The notes below the pieces were generated by a model that ran no database searches, had not been told where the DNA came from, and worked only from the letters and a program-made list of their open reading frames with translations. Shown here in pieces: positions 36,507 through 45,380 of a stretch of 64,000 nucleotides of DNA. Made by a program: the position numbers and the translations under genes. Source of the DNA: an uncultured Alphaproteobacteria bacterium (GTDB lineage: Bacteria; Pseudomonadota; Alphaproteobacteria; Rhizobiales; Beijerinckiaceae); the NCBI GenBank assembly GCA_963836695.1, contig CAWIKX010000013.1:132231-196230 (forward strand), in the 5' to 3' direction. Position 1 is the stretch's first letter. Every line of letters begins with the position of its first letter.

Positions 36507-37277
36507 TCAATTATGCACACCTTGGGCATTTGCCCGCTCGACGCCAAGCGCTTTGCGCAAGTGCGCGAGAATGCGGTCCCGCCCTTTCATCCCAAGCTCC
36601 GCGCTCGCCTCGCGGGCGGATCGGGAATACCATTCGTCCTCCGAGATCCGCGACTTGTCGACGCCTTCCGGAAGGAGCGCCATTAGAAGCGAGGTCTCGC
36701 CCAGGCCGGCGTGATCAAAAGGGTAGCCTTCCATAGCCGAGGACGACATGAGAGGGTGCGCCTTGATCCAGTTGAACGGGTCGTCGCCGGCCGACTGCTG
36801 CTTATAATAGTCAGCCATCAACTCCGCGCCCCACCATCCCTCTCCGCGCTCCGCCTCGAGGAAGGCGAATATGGCCTGCCGCGCGGCTAGCTTGAACGCG
36901 AGGTCGGTCGGCATGCCGACTGTGAAGTTCTCGGTCTGATGGTGGATGACGAGGTGAATGTTTCGAAAGCCTATGCGCAAGAGCCCGGTGAACATCGCCT
37001 TGGCGAGGGGCATGAGCGTCTCCGCGTCGACGTGAAGCGTCCCTGTGCGCTCCGGCCGTTCGACGGCATAGCTCGCCGCGCCGTAGTAAAAGGGCGGCAG
37101 GATGATGAGATTTGCCTCCTTTTCCAGGATCTCGAGGATCTGGGTTACGGCAAGCGTGTCCATCCCGACCGCCATGTGCTCGCCATGGTATTCGAGCACC
37201 CCCAAAGGTAGAACAATGGGCCACCGGCCGTCGATGGCCGCGCGAATCTCCCGCGGTAACATCAATTCATAACGCAT
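36507..37277 (-). CDS. creatininase-family amidohydrolase
   Basis: 256 aa. LPLGVLEYHGEHMAVGMD and later His/Glu ligand motifs are typical of the creatinine amidohydrolase family. Confidence 0.8.
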   Translation of the reverse strand: MRYELMLPREIRAAIDGRWPIVLPLGVLEYHGEHMAVGMDTLAVTQILEILEKEANLIILPPFYYGAASYAVERPERTGTLHVDAETLMPLAKAMFTGLLRIGFRNIHLVIHHQTENFTVGMPTDLAFKLAARQAIFAFLEAERGEGWWGAELMADYYKQQSAGDDPFNWIKAHPLMSSSAMEGYPFDHAGLGETSLLMALLPEGVDKSRISEDEWYSRSAREASAELGMKGRDRILAHLRKALGVERANAQGVHN

Positions 37278-37298
37278 GAGGGCTCCGGCGCCGGCGGG

Positions 37299-38360
37299 CT
37301 ATTGCAGCCGCTTGCCGCTTTCGGCATCGAACAGGTGAACCGCATCCAGATTTGGCGATAGCAGCAGGGTTTCGCCGGGCTGAGCCGATAGGCGGTCACG
37401 GAAGACGGTGACGATCGGGTGACCTCCGACCTTGGCGAATACCTGGGTTTCCGAGCCAGTCGGCTCGACCACCGAGACCTCCGCCTTGAAGTCGCCGCCG
37501 ATCGCCAGATGTTCAGGTCGAATCCCATAGATGCAGGGACGCCCGTCAATGTTGCCCGGCGCCGTTTTAAGAGGCAGCTCGACACCGCCCTCGGTCACAA
37601 AAGCAAGCTTGCCATTGGCGGTTACGGATCCTTTGAGCAGATTCATTGATGGGGAGCCGATAAAGCTCGCGACGAAGAGCGTCGTTGGCCGATCGTAGAG
37701 CTCGAGCGGAGCGCCGATCTGCTCGACGACGCCGTCGCGCATGACGACGATCCGATCCGCCATGGTCATGGCTTCGATCTGGTCGTGCGTGACGTAGATG
37801 GTCGTGGTCTTCAGCCGCTGATGCAGCTCCTTGATTTCGGCCCGCATCTCGACGCGCAACTGAGCGTCCAGATTCGAAAGCGGCTCGTCGAACAGAAAGA
37901 CCTGGGGATCGCGCACGATCGCCCGTCCCATGGCGACACGCTGCCGCTGTCCGCCGGACAACTGTCGAGGGTAGCGGGAGAGGTAGGGCACGACGTGGAG
38001 GATGTCGGCGGCCCGCTTAACGCGCGCCTGAATCTCGTCCTTCGGCGTATTGCGCAATTTGAGCCCGAAACTCATGTTCTGTTCGACGGTCTTGTGCGGA
38101 TAGAGCGCGTAGTTCTGAAAGACCATCGCGATGTCGCGATCCCTTGGCGGCAGATTGTTGACCACCCGCGAGCCGATCTTGACTTTTCCCTCCGTGATCG
38201 ACTCAAGACCGGCTATCATTCGCAGAAGTGTGGATTTCCCGCAGCCGGAGGGCCCGACGAGCGTGACGAACTCCCCATCTGCGATCGACAGCGAGACGCC
38301 GTGAATGACTTCCACGCCGCCGTAGGCCTTGCGTGCGTTGACAACGTCGACCGACGCCAT
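37299..38360 (-). CDS. ABC transporter ATP-binding protein (MalK/UgpC type)
   Basis: The ATG at 38360 is preceded by GGGAGG. Walker A GPSGCGKST, signature LSGGQRQRVAMGRA, Walker B VFLFDEPLSNLD. Confidence 0.9.
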   Translation of the reverse strand: MASVDVVNARKAYGGVEVIHGVSLSIADGEFVTLVGPSGCGKSTLLRMIAGLESITEGKVKIGSRVVNNLPPRDRDIAMVFQNYALYPHKTVEQNMSFGLKLRNTPKDEIQARVKRAADILHVVPYLSRYPRQLSGGQRQRVAMGRAIVRDPQVFLFDEPLSNLDAQLRVEMRAEIKELHQRLKTTTIYVTHDQIEAMTMADRIVVMRDGVVEQIGAPLELYDRPTTLFVASFIGSPSMNLLKGSVTANGKLAFVTEGGVELPLKTAPGNIDGRPCIYGIRPEHLAIGGDFKAEVSVVEPTGSETQVFAKVGGHPIVTVFRDRLSAQPGETLLLSPNLDAVHLFDAESGKRLQ

Positions 38361-38473
38361 ACTTCTGCCTCCCAACGCGATTTCCGATGCGATGTCAGGC
38401 GTGAGCGTAGTCTATTGGCGTATTGGCGTCGAGCGCGGAGACAACAGTTGGGCAATTCGGGGAGGACGGGGAA

Positions 38474-39424
38474 ATGAACGAGGGGCGCAAGCCGCGAATC
38501 GCGGTCGTCGGGAGCAATATGGTGGACCTTGTCACCTATGTGGATCGGATGCCGATCAAGGGTGAGACCGTCGAGGCGCCAAGTTTTGAAATGGGGCACG
38601 GCGGCAAAGGGGCCAATCAGGCTGTGGCCGCCGCCAAGCTGGGCGCCTCGGTCGTGATGGTCACCGCTGTCGGCGACGACATGTTCGCCGACGCCACCAT
38701 CAGTAATCTCGAAAAGGTCGGGATCGACACGAGCCATGTCCGGCGGGTGAAGGGAAAGCCCAGCGGCGTTGCCCCAATCATGGTCGAGCCGTCGGGGGAG
38801 AACTCGATCCTGATCGTTAAGGGAGCGAACGCCGATCTTTCCCCAGCGGACATCGATCGGGCGGCGGAGGTTTTGAAGACCTGCGATCTCATCCTTATGC
38901 AGCTCGAGGTTCCGCTCGAAACCGTCTATGCGGCCATCACCTTCGGCAAGCGTCACGGCGTGAAGACGGTTCTCAACCCGGCCCCGGCGACAGCAGCGCT
39001 CGACGTCGATCGCATCCGCGATGTGACATTCTTCATCCCCAACGAAACCGAGCTGGCGATCCTGACCGGCATGCCTGTCGATACGGAGCCGAGCATCGTG
39101 ACGGCTGCTCGAAGCCTGCTCGACAAGGGTATCGGGACCGTCATCGTGACGTTGGGCTCGCGCGGCGCGCTCCTCGCAACGCCGACGAACGCGCAAAAAA
39201 TTGAGCCGGTCGCGGTGAAAGCCGTCGACACGACGGGCGCCGGCGACGCCTTCGTGGGGAGTTTTGCGCGTTTCTATGCGGACGGCGTCCCTCTCGATGC
39301 GGCTTTGAAGCAGGCGGCGCGCTATGCCGCGGATTCCGTCACCCGGCGCGGCACCCAGAAAGCCTACGCGTCCGCGGATGAATTCGAGGCGTTTTGCGAA
39401 ACTTTGGCCGGGCCGATCGGGTAG
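38474..39424 (+). CDS. PfkB-family sugar kinase, ribokinase-like
   Basis: The ATG at 38474 is preceded by GGGGAGGA. The ribokinase-like motifs GGKGANQAVAAAKLG and DTTGAGDAFVGSF are present. Confidence 0.8.
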   Translation: MNEGRKPRIAVVGSNMVDLVTYVDRMPIKGETVEAPSFEMGHGGKGANQAVAAAKLGASVVMVTAVGDDMFADATISNLEKVGIDTSHVRRVKGKPSGVAPIMVEPSGENSILIVKGANADLSPADIDRAAEVLKTCDLILMQLEVPLETVYAAITFGKRHGVKTVLNPAPATAALDVDRIRDVTFFIPNETELAILTGMPVDTEPSIVTAARSLLDKGIGTVIVTLGSRGALLATPTNAQKIEPVAVKAVDTTGAGDAFVGSFARFYADGVPLDAALKQAARYAADSVTRRGTQKAYASADEFEAFCETLAGPIG

Positions 39425-39512
39425 CCGTCAAGCCTTATTGCAACAGTGTGGCGAACCTTTTAACGCTGTCTAACCGACAGCCGAATGTGCTGTCCGAGGG
39501 AGGAAGCGCTCG

Positions 39513-40172
39513 TTGTTGCTTCAGGTTGCGATCGACACGCCGGAGAGCCTCAGCGTCGCCGCGCAGGTGCGAGGTGTCGCCGACATCATCGAGATCGGCA
39601 CCCCGCTTCTCAAACGCTTTGGCATTGGCGCGATCTCGACGGCGCGCGAGCTTTGTCCGGATACTCCCATTCTCGCCGACACCAAGACCGTGGACGCGGG
39701 CGACCTTGAAGCCGAGATGGTGCTCGGGGCAGGGGCGCGGCTGATGACGGTTCTTTCCTCGACCTCGGCCCACACCCACGCCGCAGTTGGAAAGGTCGCG
39801 GCGCGCTTCGGAGCTTTTGTCGTCGTCGACACCATCACCGAGTCTGGAAAGCCGGAGCTCTTGCCCGCGGGCGCAACCTTTCCGGAGAGCTTCGCCTATG
39901 TCGGCGTTCATTCTCCAACCGACGTCCGAGTGGCCGGCGACCGATCCACCGCGCATATCGACGCAGTTTCGGCTATACGCCGCCGAGGCTTCCGCGTCGC
40001 CCTTGCCGGTGGATTAGGGCCGGAGACCCTTGACGCGGTGCTGGAGGTCGAGCCCGAGATCGTGATCATCGGGAGCGCCATAACCGGCGCGGACGATCCC
40101 AGAAGGGTTGCTAAATGGATCAAGGACCGATTGCGCAATCCGGGGCGTGGCTGGCCGTCGGACGCGAGATAG
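39513..40172 (+). CDS. 3-hexulose-6-phosphate synthase / 3-keto-L-gulonate-6-P decarboxylase family (OMP-decarboxylase fold) protein
   Basis: A TTG start is preceded by GAGGGAGGAAG. The LQVAIDT...IIEIGTPLLKRFG...ILADTKTVDAG pattern is characteristic of HPS/UlaD-type enzymes. Confidence 0.75.
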   Translation: MLLQVAIDTPESLSVAAQVRGVADIIEIGTPLLKRFGIGAISTARELCPDTPILADTKTVDAGDLEAEMVLGAGARLMTVLSSTSAHTHAAVGKVAARFGAFVVVDTITESGKPELLPAGATFPESFAYVGVHSPTDVRVAGDRSTAHIDAVSAIRRRGFRVALAGGLGPETLDAVLEVEPEIVIIGSAITGADDPRRVAKWIKDRLRNPGRGWPSDAR

Positions 40173-40663
40173 CGGAAACGCTCGAGCGGGTGGACGTTCA
40201 CGCGTTCCAGCTTTTCGTCGAGGTCTTCCGGGATGAGCGGCGGCGCTGGTTCTTCTCGGGCCAGGGCCGTTCCGGGCTCGTGGCGGAAATGGCCGCGATG
40301 CGGTTCATGCATATGAATCGCTCGGCGCATTTTGTCGGCGAAGCGACCGCTCCATCAATCCGGGCGGGGGACCGGCTCCTCCTCGTGTCCGGCTCCGGAG
40401 CCACGCCGGTCACCATCCACTTCGCTCGCATAGCGAAAGACGAAGGGGCGGCGATTGCCTTGATCACCCGGGAGCCAGAGAGCGCGCTGGCGAAACTCGC
40501 CAACTCAGTCCTTCAAGTTCCCATCGAGGCGACGCAGCAGTTCGGCGGCAGCTTGTTTGAGCAGACGAGCCTCATTCTGCTCGACGCGATCGTGCTCGAA
40601 CTGATGCGCGCCGTTCCCGATCCGCACAAGCTGATGCTTGGCCGCCACACGAACTTGCAATAG
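40115..40663 (+). CDS. SIS-domain protein, 6-phospho-3-hexuloisomerase-like
   Basis: 182 aa with the SIS motif FFSGQGRSGLVAEMAAMRFMH and LLLVSGSGAT. It is the size of PHI (single SIS domain). The annotated start overlaps the previous gene by 58 nt, so the start is uncertain. Confidence 0.75.
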   Translation: MDQGPIAQSGAWLAVGREIAETLERVDVHAFQLFVEVFRDERRRWFFSGQGRSGLVAEMAAMRFMHMNRSAHFVGEATAPSIRAGDRLLLVSGSGATPVTIHFARIAKDEGAAIALITREPESALAKLANSVLQVPIEATQQFGGSLFEQTSLILLDAIVLELMRAVPDPHKLMLGRHTNLQ

Positions 40664-40691
40664 CGGCCGTCGGCCCGTCGCACGCCTCGCT

Positions 40692-42776
40692 TCAGCTTTG
40701 GACGGCCGCGAGGTCCAGCCCTCGCTTGCGAAACAGCGCCTCGGGCGAAGGGCCTCGACCGCGAAAGGAGCGATAAGCCTCGTCATAGTCTCGGCTGCCG
40801 CCGGCTGAATAAACGAAGTCGTTGAGCCGTCGGGCGACTTCGGAATCGAAGATGTCGCCGCGCTCTTCGAACGCCTCGAAGCCGTCGGCGTCGAGGACTT
40901 CGGACCATAGATAGCTGTAATAGGCCGCCGAATAGCCGCCCGAGAAAATATGCTGGAAATGCGGCGTGCGGTGCCGCATGCCGATAGCGTCGGGCATGCC
41001 GATCCGCTCGAGCTCCTTGCGCTCGAACGCGACGACGTCGACCTCGTCGGGCGATGGATCGAGATGCAGCTTCAGGTCGACCAGCGCGGAGGCGGTGTAT
41101 TCCACTGTCGCCCAGCCCTGATTGAACCGGCGCGCGGTCATCAGCTTGTCGACAAGCGCCTCCGGCATCGGTTCGCCGGTCTTATAGTGGAGCGCGAAGC
41201 GGCGCAGCATTTCGGGCTGTTGAATCCAATGCTCGAAAAGTTGCGATGGAAACTCGACAAAGTCGCCGGCGACGTGCGTTCCGGAAATGCGCGGGTACGT
41301 CACGTCCGACAGAAGCCCATGCAAAGCGTGGCCGAATTCATGGAAGAGGGTGCGCGCTTCGTCCACGCTCAACAGGCTAGGCTCGCCCTCGGCCCCCTTG
41401 GCGAAATTCATCACATTGACGACGATCGGCAATTGCGCGCGGTCGAGCTTCTGCTGGCCGCGGAAACTGCTCATCCAGGCGCCGCTCCGCTTAGACGGCC
41501 TCGCGAAATAATCGCCGAGGAACAGCGCTTTCGGCGCGCCATCGCGTCCAGTCACTTCCCATGCGCGAACGTCAGGATGATAAAACTTGAGGTCGAAGCG
41601 TTCGGCGAAATTCACGCCGAACAGACGGTTCGCGACGTAGAAGGCGGCCTCGATGATGCGGTCGAGCTGCAGATAGGGCTTGAGCTCGCCCTCGTCGAAA
41701 TCGAACTCGGCTTTGCGCCGCTTCTCCGAGAGATAGCGCCAATCCCAGGGCGCGAGCTTGAAATTGCCGCCCTCGCTGACCGCAATCGCCTGCAGCGCCT
41801 CTTCGTCTCTGCGCGCTCTGGCGACGCCCGGCGTCCAGACCAACTCGAGCAGATTGAGCGCCGCCTCTGGCGTTTTCGCCATCGTGTCAGCGAGGCGGTA
41901 ATGCGCATAAGTCTCGTAGCCCAGTAGCCGAGCGCGCTCGGCTCTCAAGCGCACCATCTCCCCGGCGATCGCGCGATTGTCGGTCGCTGCGCCATTCTCG
42001 CCTCGCGCGGCCCAGGCGCGAAACGCGGTCTCGCGTAAATCACGTCGGGCCGAGAATTGCAGGAAAGGCTCGACGCTCGATCGTGACAGGGTGACCGCGT
42101 ACTTGCCGGGATGCCCGCGGTCAGTGGCGCTGCGGGCGGAACTCGCGATGAAGAAATCGGGCAGACCCTCAAGATCGGGCTCGTCGAGCAGCATAAGCCA
42201 GTCTTTTTCATCCCTGAGCACGTGCTGACCGAAATCCGCGGCAAGCGTCGCCAGTCGCTCGGCGATCGCTGCTAGTCGCGCTTTGGCTTCGGACGGGGCC
42301 GCCGCGCCCGCCCGAGTGAAATCGAGGTGATAGCGGTCGAGCACGCGCGCCTGTTCGGTCGACAGCGCGAGTTTGCCGGCGTCTGCCTTGATCGCGTCGA
42401 CGCGCGTGAACAAAGCCTCGTTCAGATAGGTCTCGCTGCGATGACGCGCGAGAACAGGCGCGATTTCCCGCTCGATCGCCTGCAGCTCATCGTTGGTGTG
42501 GGCGCCGGTCAGATTGAAGAAAACACCCGCCACTTTGTCCAGGTTACGCCCGCTTCGCTCAAGCGCCTCGATCGTATTGGCGAAAGTCGGCGCCGTAGGA
42601 TCGGCGGCGACCGCGTCGATCTCCGCGCGCGCTTGGGCGAGCGCCGCATCGAACGCCGGCCGGAAATGGTGAGGCTCGAAGCGATCGAACGGAGGCGCTT
42701 CGAATGGCCCGGTCCAGGGTTCGAGAAGCGGGTTCGTGTCTGTCGAGGAATTTGTCACCAAGGGCTCGCGGCTCAT
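40692..42776 (-). CDS. dcp: M3-family zinc metallopeptidase, peptidyl-dipeptidase Dcp-like
   Basis: 694 aa. The HEFGHALH zinc motif is present, with M3A-family architecture throughout. Confidence 0.85.
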   Translation of the reverse strand: MSREPLVTNSSTDTNPLLEPWTGPFEAPPFDRFEPHHFRPAFDAALAQARAEIDAVAADPTAPTFANTIEALERSGRNLDKVAGVFFNLTGAHTNDELQAIEREIAPVLARHRSETYLNEALFTRVDAIKADAGKLALSTEQARVLDRYHLDFTRAGAAAPSEAKARLAAIAERLATLAADFGQHVLRDEKDWLMLLDEPDLEGLPDFFIASSARSATDRGHPGKYAVTLSRSSVEPFLQFSARRDLRETAFRAWAARGENGAATDNRAIAGEMVRLRAERARLLGYETYAHYRLADTMAKTPEAALNLLELVWTPGVARARRDEEALQAIAVSEGGNFKLAPWDWRYLSEKRRKAEFDFDEGELKPYLQLDRIIEAAFYVANRLFGVNFAERFDLKFYHPDVRAWEVTGRDGAPKALFLGDYFARPSKRSGAWMSSFRGQQKLDRAQLPIVVNVMNFAKGAEGEPSLLSVDEARTLFHEFGHALHGLLSDVTYPRISGTHVAGDFVEFPSQLFEHWIQQPEMLRRFALHYKTGEPMPEALVDKLMTARRFNQGWATVEYTASALVDLKLHLDPSPDEVDVVAFERKELERIGMPDAIGMRHRTPHFQHIFSGGYSAAYYSYLWSEVLDADGFEAFEERGDIFDSEVARRLNDFVYSAGGSRDYDEAYRSFRGRGPSPEALFRKRGLDLAAVQS

Positions 42777-42860
42777 GCCCCATCAGCTAGGAGGTTGAGC
42801 CGCGATGCGCAAGCCACCGGGGCGCTAGAACATAGCCCTTCAGATCGGCACGGGCGCCCG

Positions 42861-43247
42861 CTATTGGCCGCCCGCCTGGACCTTCTTCACATATTCATCG
42901 ACCGCGTCGACGACCTTTTCGTCCGGGTGAGCTTTGCAAAAGACGATGACTTCGTGGATCCCCTGTTTGGCGCGAGCGACGTTAATGGAATGTCGCTTCA
43001 TGTGGCCGTTCCACCAGCCGCTGTACCACGCGCCGAGAAAGTCAGCGTCCTCCTGAAAAGTGCCCGCGAGCTGCGCGCAGGTCAGCGCCCGCACGTTGAG
43101 ATAGCCTTTGTCGTCCATGTAGGTCTTCAATTCGACTTGGGCTTGCGATGCCGAAACGGACGCGATCAGTCCGGCGGCCGCGATGAGCGCTAGACGCAAA
43201 TCGATCCGACCGAGCCTTGCCGAGAGCCTTGTGCTTGAGGCGACCAT
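42861..43247 (-). CDS. HdeA/HdeB-like small periplasmic protein (copy 2)
   Basis: The preferred start is the ATG at 43247 (the ORF extends to 43328). It has a signal peptide ending SASQA. The conserved pair TCAQLAGTF ... VFCKAHPDEK matches the HdeA-family two-Cys layout. Confidence 0.6.
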   Translation of the reverse strand: MVASSTRLSARLGRIDLRLALIAAAGLIASVSASQAQVELKTYMDDKGYLNVRALTCAQLAGTFQEDADFLGAWYSGWWNGHMKRHSINVARAKQGIHEVIVFCKAHPDEKVVDAVDEYVKKVQAGGQ

Positions 43248-43329
43248 TGTCTTCTCTCTTTCCGATTTCATGAGTTCAACGAGGCGCGCCTTTGGCTGTC
43301 CGCGGAGCAGCGAGGCGCGCAAGGCCAAG

Positions 43330-43689
43330 CTATTTCTCGTCGTTGACCTTGATGCCTTGTTCCTTGCGCATCTTCTTGATGTTGATGTCCATCGCGGTGA
43401 TGACCTTCGTCTTCGGATTGGCTTTGCAATAGACGATGACGCGGTGCTCGAGCTCCTTGGCGCGGTCGACCTTCAGTTTGCTGTAGCCTGCGAGCCCATT
43501 GTACCAGCCGCTATACCAGACGGTCATGAAGTCGGCGTCTTCCTGGAAGGTGTTGGCGAGCTGCGCGCAGGTCAGCTTCTGGACGTCCAGGTTGCCCTTG
43601 GCGTCCGCATACGTGCTGAGCTCGACCTGAGCCTGCGCCGAGCTGACGCCAAACAGCGCCATCGCACAAAACGAAATTACGAGTTTCAT
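43330..43689 (-). CDS. HdeA/HdeB-like small periplasmic protein (copy 1)
   Basis: 119 aa with RBS GGGAGGGAAAG and signal peptide MKLVISFCAMALFGVSSAQA. TCAQLANTF ... VYCKANPKTK is present, and it is clearly paralogous to 42861-43247. Confidence 0.6.
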   Translation of the reverse strand: MKLVISFCAMALFGVSSAQAQVELSTYADAKGNLDVQKLTCAQLANTFQEDADFMTVWYSGWYNGLAGYSKLKVDRAKELEHRVIVYCKANPKTKVITAMDINIKKMRKEQGIKVNDEK

Positions 43690-43857
43690 TCTTTCCCTCC
43701 CAACTCAACCGCGGGCGCGCCTGGAGGCGCGAGCGAATATTGGCCACGACCCGTCACATTCAGTCCACACTGTTCACGCGAATCTCCCTGGACTGGATCA
43801 AACGGCCGGTCAAGCCACCGCCGCGTGACGATCTCTGTTGTCCACCGCCGTCATCCC

Positions 43858-45216
43858 CTAGCCAGCAATCGTCCGCTCGCCAGCCAGAAGGGCGGAAGGC
43901 ACAAGGGCGTCGATGAAAGGGGCAGGATCGAAATCCATGATTGGGATTCCGAGTTCGTCGCGAACGAACTTTCGGCGCGCTTCGGTCCGTTCGGCCACCG
44001 CCGGATGGCGGGCTTTCAGTTCGGCGCGCAGCTGGGCTTCGGCGAAGACGATTCCGTCCTCGCAATTGAGAGCGCATCCGTCCCGCATCGGGGTCGGAAT
44101 GATGTCGACTTGAAACGGCATGCCCGATGCGATGCGTTCGGGAGAGCCCGGCCGGATCGGCGTATGAATCCATTCGTCGTGGCCGGTGAGGTGGCCGGGA
44201 TTGAGGGCAGGCCGCAGGCCGCCGCGCGCGAGCGCCTCCGTGACCGCCGCAAACACGGCGTCACCGGCGACGCCGATGTCCGCGGCCTCGTACCAGGCGA
44301 TAAGGCCGTCGAAATAAGCGGCTGCTGTCGTCAGGAACGCCTCATCATGGTCGGCGATCAATCCTGCGCGGGCGGAAAGGCCGCCCCAATAGCCAATTGC
44401 GGCCGTGACGCCGTCGCCGTGGCGCAGGATGCGGCCCCCTGCGGAGCGCAGGCCGACCACCGGCTGGTTGGAGTCGCCGCTCGCAAGCATGACGTGGGTG
44501 GAAAGGGCCTCGCCGGAATAGCCCATCGCGCTTGCCGCCTCCATTTCGCTTGAACCCGGACGCGTTCTGGTCAGGATGCGCCAGACGGCGGCGGAGGCGC
44601 GCGCGGCGCCCCATTCGTGCAAGGCGATCTGATCGACGTCGATCGTGGAACGCAGCCCGGTCGTTGGATGCATGAGGACCGGCGTTGCGTCTTTCAACGC
44701 GTCGGCCCCGCCCGTAATCCTGCTCAGCATCGCGACGAGATAGTGGGGAACGAACAGGCCCGGCGCGCCGTCCTCCCATTCCGCGGGCTCGAAATATTTC
44801 CAGCCCACGAGCCCGATCGTCTGGCCGCGGCTCATGCCAGCTTCTTTCAGCACCGAAGCGAGATTGGGCTTTAGCGACCGATCCTGACCCATAAGACTCA
44901 GGCTTTGCGCGAGCGCAATCTCGAGCCCGGGAAGCCCGGCCAGGGGCGCGTACGATTCGCCCTCATTGCCAACCACGAGCACACGCCGATCTCGCGGGCC
45001 AAGCAGCAGCAGCGCCTCCTCGAATCGAGGATCGTAGCCTGAGAGGAAGGCTATATTGGCGAGATGTTCGCGGTCGGCGTAGACGACCAGCCAATCGCAT
45101 CCGGCGGCCTCATAGGCGTCGCGGGAGCGCTTCTCATAGGTCGCTAGGGGAATACGTGGCGCTTCGAGCGGAAGCCCGAAGTCGGGAACCTCGATGTCGC
45201 GCAGCGCACTCGGCAT
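43858..45216 (-). CDS. M24-like (creatinase/prolidase-fold) hydrolase family protein
   Basis: 452 aa. The N-terminal creatinase_N-like region (WLVVYADREHLANIAFLSGYDPRFEEALLL) is followed by a C-terminal pita-bread-like region. The assignment is by resemblance only. Confidence 0.55.
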   Translation of the reverse strand: MPSALRDIEVPDFGLPLEAPRIPLATYEKRSRDAYEAAGCDWLVVYADREHLANIAFLSGYDPRFEEALLLLGPRDRRVLVVGNEGESYAPLAGLPGLEIALAQSLSLMGQDRSLKPNLASVLKEAGMSRGQTIGLVGWKYFEPAEWEDGAPGLFVPHYLVAMLSRITGGADALKDATPVLMHPTTGLRSTIDVDQIALHEWGAARASAAVWRILTRTRPGSSEMEAASAMGYSGEALSTHVMLASGDSNQPVVGLRSAGGRILRHGDGVTAAIGYWGGLSARAGLIADHDEAFLTTAAAYFDGLIAWYEAADIGVAGDAVFAAVTEALARGGLRPALNPGHLTGHDEWIHTPIRPGSPERIASGMPFQVDIIPTPMRDGCALNCEDGIVFAEAQLRAELKARHPAVAERTEARRKFVRDELGIPIMDFDPAPFIDALVPSALLAGERTIAG

Positions 45217-45380
45217 GGAATTCCTTCCCTCGGATCGTTAGGCGGGCCGCCGCCACTCCCTTGTCACCTGATAGCCCCTGATGTCCGCAAAGGCGATCTT
45301 CAGGCGTCGGCGCCTGAGCCCTCTTGCCCCCGTCGTGGCGCATGCTATTCTAACTTTCAAAATAGCGTTTGGAGGTTAGT

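Noticed and set aside
40115-40172. Whether the 58-nt overlap means the HPS-like and PHI-like genes are really one fused gene, as in some methylotrophs and archaea.
   Set aside because: The two ORFs are in different frames, and the HPS-like frame reaches a stop at 40170-40172. A fusion would need an additional indel, for which I see no homology-based evidence.
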